From an uncultured Bdellovibrionales bacterium (GTDB lineage: Bacteria; Bdellovibrionota; Bdellovibrionia; Bdellovibrionales; JAGQZY01), in assembly GCA_965368905.1 (NCBI GenBank), contig CBDUOS010000001.1, positions 1 to 63,649 on the forward strand: a stretch of DNA of 63,649 bases. Reading direction: 5' to 3'. Shown piece after piece: positions 38,835-48,379 of the stretch. Every line of letters starts with the position of its first letter. The first letter of the stretch is position 1. The position numbers and the translations under genes are program-made. The notes under the pieces were generated by a model, which was given only the letters and a program-made list of their open reading frames with translations, was not told the origin of the DNA and made no database searches.

Positions 38835-40380
38835 GACGATCTCCCACTGTGGATGGCTTTTCTTCGGGCGTAGCGCTATAGAGTTTCAAACGATATTCCG
38901 CTTTGTTTTGAACCAAATGATCAATGCTGGCATTAGAATATTTCAAAAATGTTCCCGGAAATAGACCCATCCAAAAAACCATTACGATTAACGGAGCAAT
39001 CGCTAAAAGTTCACGGGGGTTCATATCTTTCATATCAGAGTGACTTTTTACGATATCACCCGCTTCACCGAAAAAGACCTTTTTAACCATCCAAAGCATG
39101 TAAGCTGCACCAAGGATCACGCCGGTCACTGCAATTCCGGCAAAGAGTGCTGAAGTTTGCCACGTTCCAAAAAGAATCAGGAACTCACCAACAAATCCAT
39201 TTGTCATCGGAACAGCGATACTCGAAAAAGTAATAATCATAAAACAAATTGTATAAATCGGCAGGGCCTTCGCTAACCCGCCATAATCAGCAATTTTCCT
39301 GGAATGTGTGCGCTCATAAATAACTCCAACCAACATAAATAGAGCACCAGTGGAAACCCCGTGGGCTAACATCTGAAAGAGAGACCCCTGTAAGCCATAC
39401 ATATTCATGGCAAAAAGTCCCAAAATCACATAGCCCATATGAGAAACCGATGAGTAGGCCACCAGTTTTTTGATGTCCACCTGAACCATGGCCACCAAAG
39501 CACCATACACAATGCCAATCACCCCCAGAGTCATAAAAAGAGGAGTCCAAGTGATCACCGCTTGTGGAAATATGGGCATCACAAAGCGAAGGAACCCGTA
39601 AGTTCCCATTTTCAACATCACACCCGCCAAAATCATTGAACCACCTGTTGGCGCTTGAACGTGGGCGTCAGGCAACCAAGTGTGAAAAGGAAACATCGGC
39701 ACCTTAATCGCAAAAGCCAAACAAAAAATAAAGAACAAGATGTTCTGCGGGCTAATAAAGGTTCCATAAATAAAAGGCAGTCTGAGCTTATAAAAATCTA
39801 GAACACTGGCGCTAAGTTCTCCCAACTGAACATCGCATTGGAAAATCAGATAAATGATTCCCGCCAGCATCAACAGTGAACCTGCCATCGTGTAAATAAA
39901 AAATTTCATTGTTGCGTAGATCCTGTTCTCACCGCCCCAGATTCCTACAATAAAGTACATCGGTATTAGGGAGAGCTCAAAGAAGACGTAAAACAAGATC
40001 GTATCGAATGCGACAAAAGATCCAATCATTGCAGCTTCCAAGATCAGCATGGATATATGGAATGCCTTCACTTGTTTGTTGATCGTCGACCAGCTTGCCG
40101 CGACAACAATTGGAGTTAAAAATGTGGTTAACAAAACCAACCAAAATGAAATCCCATCAATTGCCACAAAGTAAGAAACACCCAACTCTTTTAGCCAAGA
40201 CACTTTTTCTACCAATTGCAAATCGGCAGTTGTCGGATCAAAATGCTTGAACAGCAATAGTGAAAAAGCAAAGTGAACAATTGTTGAAATCAATGTGATT
40301 GGCTTGGTCAGCCTTTGGGGGCCCATGGCCACCAAAATCGCAAAAAAGAATGGTAAAAATATTAAGGCCGTTAACAACAT
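38824..40380 (-). CDS. nuoM: NADH-quinone oxidoreductase subunit M
   Basis: 518 aa, antiporter-like, with the NuoM-type motif FPFHTWLPDAHVQAPTGGSMILAG. Confidence 0.88.
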   Translation of the reverse strand: MLLTALIFLPFFFAILVAMGPQRLTKPITLISTIVHFAFSLLLFKHFDPTTADLQLVEKVSWLKELGVSYFVAIDGISFWLVLLTTFLTPIVVAASWSTINKQVKAFHISMLILEAAMIGSFVAFDTILFYVFFELSLIPMYFIVGIWGGENRIYATMKFFIYTMAGSLLMLAGIIYLIFQCDVQLGELSASVLDFYKLRLPFIYGTFISPQNILFFIFCLAFAIKVPMFPFHTWLPDAHVQAPTGGSMILAGVMLKMGTYGFLRFVMPIFPQAVITWTPLFMTLGVIGIVYGALVAMVQVDIKKLVAYSSVSHMGYVILGLFAMNMYGLQGSLFQMLAHGVSTGALFMLVGVIYERTHSRKIADYGGLAKALPIYTICFMIITFSSIAVPMTNGFVGEFLILFGTWQTSALFAGIAVTGVILGAAYMLWMVKKVFFGEAGDIVKSHSDMKDMNPRELLAIAPLIVMVFWMGLFPGTFLKYSNASIDHLVQNKAEYRLKLYSATPEEKPSTVGDRREF

Positions 40381-40383
40381 CGA

Positions 40384-42327
40384 TCATATCTCCATCAAGA
40401 ACCAAAGACTGCAGACCAGTCCGATTAGAATATATAGGGCGTAAATTTGTAGGTTCCCGGACTGAACCATCTTAAGTCCACCACCGGCATTTTTAACCAT
40501 ATCTGAAATGTTATAAGTCATTCGATCAATAATCTTCACATCAACCTTTGACCAAAGTGCTTGAGAAAAGCGAATCAACGGATTGATCAGCGTTTTGAAA
40601 AACACTTCGTCGACCCAATATTTGTTGTAAATCAAGTTGTATAACCCTTTTAGTTTTTCTTTATTACGCCCTGGTACTTGTGGGTTCGACACATAAAAAC
40701 TGTATGCCAACATGCAACTGACAACTACGCCAAACAAAGTGGCTCCCATCAAGGCAAACTCAATTTGTAGGTCATTTTCACCATGAGGAATATCAAAGGT
40801 TGCCATAAGGGGATGAATCCAATCATCCAAATGGTTGTGCATATGACCAAAAAGAGTCCCAACACCGTGGGGAACACATAACCAACCCGCGAAGACAGAA
40901 AGCAAGGCCAAAACAACCAATGGAACTGTCATAGTCCATGGTGACTCATGTGGGTGAACATCTTCAGACACCCTTGATTTGCCCCAAAAAGTCATGGCCA
41001 TTAAACGTGTCATATAAAATGCGGTAAACAATGCCGCGATCACACCCACGCCCCAAAGAACAACACTGCCGCGAGGAGAGTGATAAGCCATCCACAAAAT
41101 TTCATCTTTTGAGAAAAAACCGGAAAACAGTGGTGCACCGATAATCGCAAGCCATCCCATCACAAATGTCCAATGAGTGATCGGCATATGCTTTTTTAAA
41201 CCACCCATCTTTCGCATGTCTTGTTCTTCATGCATGGCGTGTATGACGGACCCCGAACCCAAAAACATAAGCGCTTTGAAAAAAGCATGAGTCATTAAAT
41301 GCGCCAAAGCTGCTCCAAAGGCCCCAACACCTACTCCCAAAAACATATATCCCAATTGAGATACCGTAGAATAAGCCAACACTTTCTTAATATCATTTTG
41401 TAGGACACCAATGGTTGCCGCCATAAGAGCCGTCGCCGCGCCCACGCAAGCCACAACAAACATGGCATTGGGCGCGATTAAAAAGACTGGGTTTAATCGG
41501 ATTATCATATAGACCCCTGCCGTTACCATGGTCGCTGCGTGAATCAAAGCCGACACCGGAGTTGGTCCTGCCATCGCATCTGGCAGCCATACGTAAAGTG
41601 GAATCTGAGCTGATTTTCCCATCGCACCAACGAACAGAAATAAACATGCTAAGGTCACGGGGGCGGACCAACCACCTGATAGTCCACCATTAGCCAGAAC
41701 ATCAGAATTATTCATGGCAAAGCTATTGATGCCATCAAAACCAATAGTGCCAAAGATAGAAAAGAGACTAAAGATGCCAAGAAGAAAGCCCGCGTCTCCA
41801 ATTCGGTTAGTGATAAAGGCTTTCATACCCGCAGCGGCTTTTGCCGGATCGGTGAACCAGAAACCAATCAATAGATAGGAGCAAAGGCCTACGCCTTCCC
41901 AGCCGACGAACATGACCAGGAGGTTGCTTCCCAAAACCAGGAGCAACATGTTGAAAATGAAAAAATTCAAATAACTAAAGTATTTTGCTGGCCGCTCGTC
42001 ATGATCCATGTAACCCACGCTGAACAAATGAATCAAAAAACCAACGCCTGTGATAATCAGGGTCATAACCATAGAGAGTGGATCAATGGTAAAGGCCATG
42101 GGAGCCGTGAAGTTGCCCACTTGAATCCAGTTGAAAAAATGGAAACTTAAAGCGCGTTCATCAACCGGCAAACCCTTCAGCTTAAAAAAGAATGTGAGTG
42201 CTGATATGAAAGAAATGGCCATGGCTGAACATGCGATGATTCCTGCCACCTTTGCATCTTTACTGCGAAAGCGGACCCCATTAATTAAAAATCCAACGAG
42301 AGGTGCAAAAAGAAGTAAATAAAACAT
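40384..42327 (-). CDS. nuoL: NADH-quinone oxidoreductase subunit L
   Basis: About 647 aa counted from MFYLLLFAPLVGFLINGV (ATG at 42327). It has WLPDAMAGPTPVSALIHAATMV and the long C-terminal extension typical of NuoL. Confidence 0.9.
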   Translation of the reverse strand: MFYLLLFAPLVGFLINGVRFRSKDAKVAGIIACSAMAISFISALTFFFKLKGLPVDERALSFHFFNWIQVGNFTAPMAFTIDPLSMVMTLIITGVGFLIHLFSVGYMDHDERPAKYFSYLNFFIFNMLLLVLGSNLLVMFVGWEGVGLCSYLLIGFWFTDPAKAAAGMKAFITNRIGDAGFLLGIFSLFSIFGTIGFDGINSFAMNNSDVLANGGLSGGWSAPVTLACLFLFVGAMGKSAQIPLYVWLPDAMAGPTPVSALIHAATMVTAGVYMIIRLNPVFLIAPNAMFVVACVGAATALMAATIGVLQNDIKKVLAYSTVSQLGYMFLGVGVGAFGAALAHLMTHAFFKALMFLGSGSVIHAMHEEQDMRKMGGLKKHMPITHWTFVMGWLAIIGAPLFSGFFSKDEILWMAYHSPRGSVVLWGVGVIAALFTAFYMTRLMAMTFWGKSRVSEDVHPHESPWTMTVPLVVLALLSVFAGWLCVPHGVGTLFGHMHNHLDDWIHPLMATFDIPHGENDLQIEFALMGATLFGVVVSCMLAYSFYVSNPQVPGRNKEKLKGLYNLIYNKYWVDEVFFKTLINPLIRFSQALWSKVDVKIIDRMTYNISDMVKNAGGGLKMVQSGNLQIYALYILIGLVCSLWFLMEI

Positions 42328-42340
42328 GATGCGGAACCCC

Positions 42341-42661
42341 TTACCCTTTAAGATGCTCAAAAAATCGAATATTGAGCTCTTTGAAGTTTTTAAACAAATT
42401 CACAACGAGAGCCAACCCAACGGCAGCTTCGGCGGCTGCGATGGCAATAACAAACAAAGTGATGACTGCCCCATTCACATCGTCGAAATAATACCCGAAC
42501 GTAACGAAAGCCAAATTCACCGCATTTAACATCAGCTCAATGGACATCAAAATAACAATAATGTTTTTACGTAAGAGCACGCCCAAAAGCCCGATTACAA
42601 AAAGAGCTCCAGAAACAAACATATAGTGGCCAAGGCCAATGGTTAATGCACTACTCAGCAT
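42341..42661 (-). CDS. nuoK: NADH-quinone oxidoreductase subunit K
   Basis: About 106 aa counted from MLSSALTIGLGHYMFVSGALFVIG, with 3 TM helices and the conserved IAIAAAEAAVGLALV segment. Confidence 0.88.
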   Translation of the reverse strand: MLSSALTIGLGHYMFVSGALFVIGLLGVLLRKNIIVILMSIELMLNAVNLAFVTFGYYFDDVNGAVITLFVIAIAAAEAAVGLALVVNLFKNFKELNIRFFEHLKG

Positions 42662-43175
42662 GGGTTCCCCCTCGTATACGGGATAGGGCCACAGTTCCAA
42701 TGGGAATCACCAAAAGAAGAAGACCCAAGACTTCGAACATGAACAAATAATCGGTGTATAAAACCTTAGCCAAATTGCGCACGTCAAATTGAGGGGCCAT
42801 GGCATCGGTGGGCTGATATTGAAAACTCTCCATTTCAAAAAGAATTGAGAATAAGATCAAGCCAGAAAGGGCGCCTCCAAATAGTATTTTGACGCCGTTG
42901 GCGACGGTTCCATAAGAAAACACCTGACGTTCTTCAGAGCGAATGTCAAATATCATCACTACAAAAAGGAATAAAATAATGACTGCGCCAGCGTAGACTA
43001 ATATCTGCACTAAACCGACAAAGGGAGCGTGCAGATTAAAGAACAGCCCTGACACACCAATCATGGCGGCCACCAAATGCAACACGCTCATAACTGGGTT
43101 TGGGTGAAGTAAAACACCAAGGGCTGCAAACAAGCTTAACCCCGCAAACAAATAAAACATAAACACTTCAGCCAT
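42651..43175 (-). CDS. nuoJ: NADH-quinone oxidoreductase subunit J
   Basis: 174 aa with a NuoJ-like TM pattern (VLHLVAAMIGVSGLFF...LVQILVYAGAVIILFLFVVM). Confidence 0.85.
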   Translation of the reverse strand: MAEVFMFYLFAGLSLFAALGVLLHPNPVMSVLHLVAAMIGVSGLFFNLHAPFVGLVQILVYAGAVIILFLFVVMIFDIRSEERQVFSYGTVANGVKILFGGALSGLILFSILFEMESFQYQPTDAMAPQFDVRNLAKVLYTDYLFMFEVLGLLLLVIPIGTVALSRIRGGTHAE

Positions 43176-43178
43176 AAC

Positions 43179-44294
43179 TTAGCTCCCCATGGAGTTAAAA
43201 AGGACAATCACCACAGCAGTAATCACGGTATTACCCAGTGCAAAAGGCAACATTGTTTTCCAACCCAAATCCATCAACTGATCATATCGAAAACGGGGCA
43301 AAGTCCATCGCACCCAAATAAAAACCCAAAGGAATATTAAAACTTTGCCCATAAACACCAGGTGAGTGGTCAGTGAGTATAGAAAAGGCGATCCAATAAT
43401 TTCTTTTAATCCATCGGAACCAAAAGGAAGATCCCAGCCGCCAAAATAAAAAGTCACAACTAAGCCTGAGGCCACCATCATATGGCCGTACTCACCAATA
43501 TAGAACATGAGCATTTTCAACCCACCATATTCGGTGTGATAACCTGCTACCAATTCGGCTTCCGCTTCGGGTAAGTCAAAAGGAGCTCGATTGGTCTCAG
43601 CAAATGTTGCAGTAAAAAATAGTACGAAGCCGAGGGGTTGATAAAAAATTCCCCAGTTCGGCAAGAAATCCACAACGATTTGATTGCCCAGCAAAACGAA
43701 CCGCATGGGCCCTTGTTGAGCTTTAATAATTTCGGCGAAATCAAAACTACCGTAAATCATTAGGATTCCGACCAAAGACAGGCCAAGTGCCAATTCATAA
43801 CTAATCATTTGAGCACTCGCCCGAATTGCACCCATTAATGAGTATTTGTTTCCTGATCCCCAGCCAGCAAAAAGCAAGGCGTAAGCTCCTAAGGAGGATA
43901 TAGCTAAAACAAATACAATCCCAGCGTTCAAATGAAAACTTTGAAACAAAAAGGAGTATGTTTCACCACCGGACTCTAATGTAAAAGGAGCACCTAAAGG
44001 CAGCGCTCCGAAGGCCAACGCACCGGGAATCAATGCCACAACTGGAGCGGCATAATACATAAATGCTTTGCTTTTAGGGGGACGAAACTCTTCTTTGAAT
44101 AAAAACTTCACAGCATCAGCCAGAAGCTGTGTTAGGCCAAGGGGGCCAACCCGATTCGGCCCAAAGCGGTTTTGGATAAACGCAGAACCACGTCTTTCCA
44201 CCCAAACTAAAATTGGCACCAATTGAACCATCAATAAAAAGATGGCCAACATTTTGACTGTGTTAATTAAGATTTCAAATCCTGTGCTTCCCAT
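43179..44294 (-). CDS. nuoH: NADH-quinone oxidoreductase subunit H
   Basis: VWVERRGSAFIQNRFGPNRVGPLGLTQLLADAVKFLFKE and FAETNRAPFDLPEAEAELVAGYHTEYGG are NuoH/ND1 signatures. I place the start at MGSTGFEIL (ATG at 44294), giving a TAATG overlap with nuoA. Confidence 0.9.
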   Translation of the reverse strand: MGSTGFEILINTVKMLAIFLLMVQLVPILVWVERRGSAFIQNRFGPNRVGPLGLTQLLADAVKFLFKEEFRPPKSKAFMYYAAPVVALIPGALAFGALPLGAPFTLESGGETYSFLFQSFHLNAGIVFVLAISSLGAYALLFAGWGSGNKYSLMGAIRASAQMISYELALGLSLVGILMIYGSFDFAEIIKAQQGPMRFVLLGNQIVVDFLPNWGIFYQPLGFVLFFTATFAETNRAPFDLPEAEAELVAGYHTEYGGLKMLMFYIGEYGHMMVASGLVVTFYFGGWDLPFGSDGLKEIIGSPFLYSLTTHLVFMGKVLIFLWVFIWVRWTLPRFRYDQLMDLGWKTMLPFALGNTVITAVVIVLFNSMGS

Positions 44295-44665
44295 TAATCC
44301 CACTCCAAAGCTTTTGATCGGATTTCCCAAAGCAAACCAAACAAAAAGAATCCGATGAACACAAACATGGTCCAAAAAATATAAGCACCATGCCCGGCAC
44401 TCACGAACTCTTTGTAGGTCAAAGCCCAGGGATACATAAATAGAATTTCAATATCGAAAACAATAAATAAAATAGCAGTCAGATAAAAACGAACAGAAAC
44501 GTTTGTTTTTTCATTTTCCGTTCCGGGGAGACCACATTCGTAAGGCATATACTTAGTACGAGTGTAATGCTTTTTAGGACCCAAAATTGACGACACGAAA
44601 ACCAAGAGGCTGCCAAAGGTTGCAACCACAAGGGTCAGCACCAACACAGGCACAATAACTTCCAT
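44294..44665 (-). CDS. nuoA: NADH-quinone oxidoreductase subunit A
   Basis: NuoA/ND3 pattern (YECG...F.VRFYL.AILFIVFDIEILFMYPWA). The ATG at 44665 is preceded by AGGAAG. The track start at 44671 is a GTG two codons upstream. Confidence 0.88.
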   Translation of the reverse strand: MEVIVPVLVLTLVVATFGSLLVFVSSILGPKKHYTRTKYMPYECGLPGTENEKTNVSVRFYLTAILFIVFDIEILFMYPWALTYKEFVSAGHGAYIFWTMFVFIGFFLFGLLWEIRSKALEWD

Positions 44666-44815
44666 AACCACTTCCTATATTTGCAAATATGTGTGGATCC
44701 TCTATACAACGAGACGGCCTTCTGCTCCAGCATCCACTCGGTGCCGCATAGCATCTTTTCCCAGTCATTTCAGGCCCTTCTTTGACAAGCTGACCCCCAT
44801 TCTAAATAAGAAAAC

Positions 44816-47800
44816 ATGCGAAACTATTTGGATGGATTGGTTCATAATAAAAACCAGTTTTCATTGGACCTCACAACCTCTTTGCCAATTGAATCTTTGG
44901 CTTTTTACCTGGGTACCTCAAAGAAATTACAAGGCCCGCAACTTGTCCTCACTGAAAATGCTGAAAAAGCCAGCAGTTTTGCTGAAAATTTTGCCTTTTG
45001 GAGTGATCGCAAGGTCCACTTGCTTCCTTATTACGACCCCCATGTCTTCGCAGGCGTCCAGATTAGCCATCGGCAAATTCAAGACAGGTTGTCATGGCTG
45101 TTTCATGCACTAAATGAAAGTGAAAATCAGGTGTTTGTGGCGCCAATCTTAGGATTACTCCAGAAAACACTGCCCCCTGAGACCTTTTATGATAACTGTT
45201 TGCAGTTTTCGAGAGGTGATCGAGTTCCCCCTGAAGTTTTCGAAAAGCTTAGTAGTTTAGGATATTTATCTAGCCCTCTTGTAGAGGATCGCGGGCAGTT
45301 CTCTAACCGAGGCGGGCTGATGGATATTTTCTCACCCCAAATGAAATACCCGGTACGAATTGAGCTTTTTGATGATGAGATTGAGAGCTTACGCACTTTT
45401 GACCCAAATACCCAACGTACGGTGGAAGAGGTTGAGCAGTTTACTGTAGCCCCAGCACGAGAAGTCATCTTAGATTCCCATAATTCTGTCAAAGCCACCC
45501 AGAAACTCTTGAAAATAAACCACCCAGAGCTACAGGTTTTGGTCAATCACCTCCGTCGGGATGAATATGGGGAAAACATGGAATACCACCTACCCCTGTT
45601 CCACGAAAAGCCCCTTTCCCCTTTTCATTATTTCCAGAAAAATCCTACGGTTTGGATGGTCGAACATTTGAATATTGAAACATTTCGACAGAAAGAGCTT
45701 TCTCTCTACCAGGGTTTTTTTGATGAGAAACGACATCCATTGGCCCCAGATGATCTATTTTTAGACTACCTTACATTAGAAAAAGACTTTTCGAAGAAAG
45801 TGGTTTTAGAAAGACTCAATATTATCGATACCGCTGCTGCACTCGATGAACAACATGTGGAAGTTTCGTCGAAAAATATCAATTCACCGAAAAGCAAAAA
45901 ATTCAATGAGCGAGTCAGTGAACTGATTGATAAAACCAAAACCTTGCCAGAAAAATCACACAAGATTTTTGCTGTCAAAGGAAAGCCCCAATTCGATCGA
46001 TTGCAATTGGCTTTTGAAAACCAGGGTTTTTCTTGTCTCCTACACGATGAAAATGATTTCGATATCGATAACATTGTTCATGATACTCGCTTCAACCAGC
46101 TTCACTTTTTCCCTCGCAAATTAAAGGGAAGTTTCAGCTTTCCTTCTGAAGATTTGAACGTCTTCAGCTTAGAACAATTTTTAGGTAAAACTTATTCAAA
46201 GTCTGGTCGGAAAGAATCTAGTAAACGAGCCAAGCATCTCAGTTTTGGGGAGTTGAAAGAAAAAGACTATGTGATCCACGCTCTTCATGGTGTTGCACAA
46301 TTTAAAGGATTAATAAAAATGCCTGTTGCTGGCGTTGAAGCAGAATTTTTGTCTTTGGAGTTTAAAGACAAGGATAAATTGTTTTTACCTATCTATCGGA
46401 TTCATCAGATCCACAAATACAGCTCTGAAAAGGTGGAACCCACTCTCGACAAGCTCGGTGGGTCACGATTTACCAATGTAAAAACAAAGACAAAGAAACG
46501 TCTACGCGAAATGGCTCATGACCTGATTAAGCTTTATGCTGAAAGGGTTAACTCGACTCGGCAGCCCTACAAGGTCAATACCGATGACATTGTCGATTTT
46601 TTCAACGCTTTCCCTTATCAGGAAACAGAAGATCAAATGGCCGCCATTGAAAATGTCGTCACCGATCTATCAAACTCAAAACCCATGGATCGTTTGATTT
46701 GTGGGGATGTTGGTTTTGGTAAAACCGAGGTGGCTATGCGGGCCGCATTTATAGCCGCTTCCAATAAGAAGCAAGTGGCTGTGCTGGCGCCCACGACAGT
46801 TTTGACTATGCAGCATTACGAAACCTTTGCAAAACGTTTTAAAGATTGGCCGATTAACATCAAGGTTGTGAACCGACTGCAAAGCACAGCAAATGTTAAG
46901 AAAACACTGGCCTCGGCTGCAAAAGGAGAAGTTGATATTTTAATCGGCACCCATCGTCTCTTAAGCAAGGATGTTGATTTTGCCAACCTTGGTCTTTTGG
47001 TAATTGATGAGGAGCAAAAATTTGGGGTTAAACACAAAGAGAGAATTCGAAAGATGAAAGTTAATGTCGACACAATCAGTTTGTCGGCCACCCCAATTCC
47101 TCGAACACTCAACATGAGTTTATTGAAAATACGTGACTTGAGTTTAATCAATACGGCGCCGGTGGATCGCCTCGAAATTAGAACTTTTATTTGTCGTTTT
47201 GATAAAGAAATTATCAAGCGTGCTATCGAGACAGAGCTACAAAGGGGAGGACAAGTCTTTTTCTTACACAACCGTGTTCAAAGTATATACTCTGTCTGCG
47301 AAGAGCTCCGTGAACTCCTCCCCGGGGTACCCATTGCCGTTGGACATGGTCAACTTAAAGAAAAGGAATTAGAGGCTGTCATGGTTTCGTTCTTTAACAA
47401 TGAAACTAAGGTTTTAGTAGCCTCTGCAATTGTTGAATCCGGTGTTGATATACCCAATGCAAACACCATATTGATCAACCAGTCAGATCGTTTTGGGTTG
47501 AGTCAGCTGTATCAATTGCGTGGGCGGGTGGGTCGAAGTGGGCGTCGTGCTTACTGTTACCTCCTAACTGAACCGAACAAAAAACTCACCGACATCGCAA
47601 AAGAAAGACTAAAAGTTATTCAAGAACACACCACTCTAGGGAGTGGCATGCAAATCGCCCAATATGATTTAGAACTACGAGGCGCTGGAACACTATTAGG
47701 AGAAGAGCAATCTGGATTGATAGATCAGGTGGGATACGAATTCTACATGCAGCTTTTAGAAGAAGCGATTAACGAAGCGAAGGGTGAGTCCAGGGGTGAG

Positions 47801-48244
47801 TCCGTTGAACCCGATATCAATCTAAAAATTAAAGCCTTTATTCCTAATTCTTATATCCCAAATATCCGATTAAGACTTTCATATTATCGTGCACTCACTC
47901 AAATTGAGTATGCCTCAGATATTGACGATCTCGAAGAAGAGTTAAAAGACCAATTTGGAAAACCACCCGAAGAGGTTATCAATCTACTCGGATTGATGTT
48001 GATTCGACATGCCTGCATCCAGCTAGGAGTGAAAGACATATCCAGCGGAAAAGAAAACCTGGTCTTAAGTTTTACTGATCAAACACCTTTGCCTGTCGCC
48101 AAAGTCATCGAATTAACCAGTCAATCCAACAAAAAGTACAGCATCACCCCTGACAATCGACTAAAAATTCGTATGAAAGAGATTTCATGGCCACGTGTTT
48201 TAGAAGAGGTGGAAACTCTACTCCGCTACTGTCCTGATTCATAA
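44816..48244 (+). CDS. mfd: Transcription-repair coupling factor
   Basis: 1142 aa with a UvrB-homology N-terminus, an RNAP-interaction domain, the SF2 translocase motifs GDVGFGKTEVAMRAAF and IDEEQKFGV, the TRG motif region and a C-terminal D7 domain. Confidence 0.93.
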   Translation: MRNYLDGLVHNKNQFSLDLTTSLPIESLAFYLGTSKKLQGPQLVLTENAEKASSFAENFAFWSDRKVHLLPYYDPHVFAGVQISHRQIQDRLSWLFHALNESENQVFVAPILGLLQKTLPPETFYDNCLQFSRGDRVPPEVFEKLSSLGYLSSPLVEDRGQFSNRGGLMDIFSPQMKYPVRIELFDDEIESLRTFDPNTQRTVEEVEQFTVAPAREVILDSHNSVKATQKLLKINHPELQVLVNHLRRDEYGENMEYHLPLFHEKPLSPFHYFQKNPTVWMVEHLNIETFRQKELSLYQGFFDEKRHPLAPDDLFLDYLTLEKDFSKKVVLERLNIIDTAAALDEQHVEVSSKNINSPKSKKFNERVSELIDKTKTLPEKSHKIFAVKGKPQFDRLQLAFENQGFSCLLHDENDFDIDNIVHDTRFNQLHFFPRKLKGSFSFPSEDLNVFSLEQFLGKTYSKSGRKESSKRAKHLSFGELKEKDYVIHALHGVAQFKGLIKMPVAGVEAEFLSLEFKDKDKLFLPIYRIHQIHKYSSEKVEPTLDKLGGSRFTNVKTKTKKRLREMAHDLIKLYAERVNSTRQPYKVNTDDIVDFFNAFPYQETEDQMAAIENVVTDLSNSKPMDRLICGDVGFGKTEVAMRAAFIAASNKKQVAVLAPTTVLTMQHYETFAKRFKDWPINIKVVNRLQSTANVKKTLASAAKGEVDILIGTHRLLSKDVDFANLGLLVIDEEQKFGVKHKERIRKMKVNVDTISLSATPIPRTLNMSLLKIRDLSLINTAPVDRLEIRTFICRFDKEIIKRAIETELQRGGQVFFLHNRVQSIYSVCEELRELLPGVPIAVGHGQLKEKELEAVMVSFFNNETKVLVASAIVESGVDIPNANTILINQSDRFGLSQLYQLRGRVGRSGRRAYCYLLTEPNKKLTDIAKERLKVIQEHTTLGSGMQIAQYDLELRGAGTLLGEEQSGLIDQVGYEFYMQLLEEAINEAKGESRGESVEPDINLKIKAFIPNSYIPNIRLRLSYYRALTQIEYASDIDDLEEELKDQFGKPPEEVINLLGLMLIRHACIQLGVKDISSGKENLVLSFTDQTPLPVAKVIELTSQSNKKYSITPDNRLKIRMKEISWPRVLEEVETLLRYCPDS

Positions 48245-48379
48245 CCGAATGGCCCCAATTACAAAAGTCTGGGCCAAATCAATGACATGGTTTTTCTTCA
48301 CATCTTTTTGATACAATAGAGATGTGTGATTCGTCATGCTTTAGAAACAAAACCCACACGTAGAACAGGGGATCTAGTA

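Noticed and set aside
44691-45113. A 140-aa plus-strand ORF overlapping the nuoA-mfd intergenic region and the mfd 5' end.
   Set aside because: It is out of frame with mfd, which has a convincing N-terminus from 44816. The composition is odd and there is no SD.
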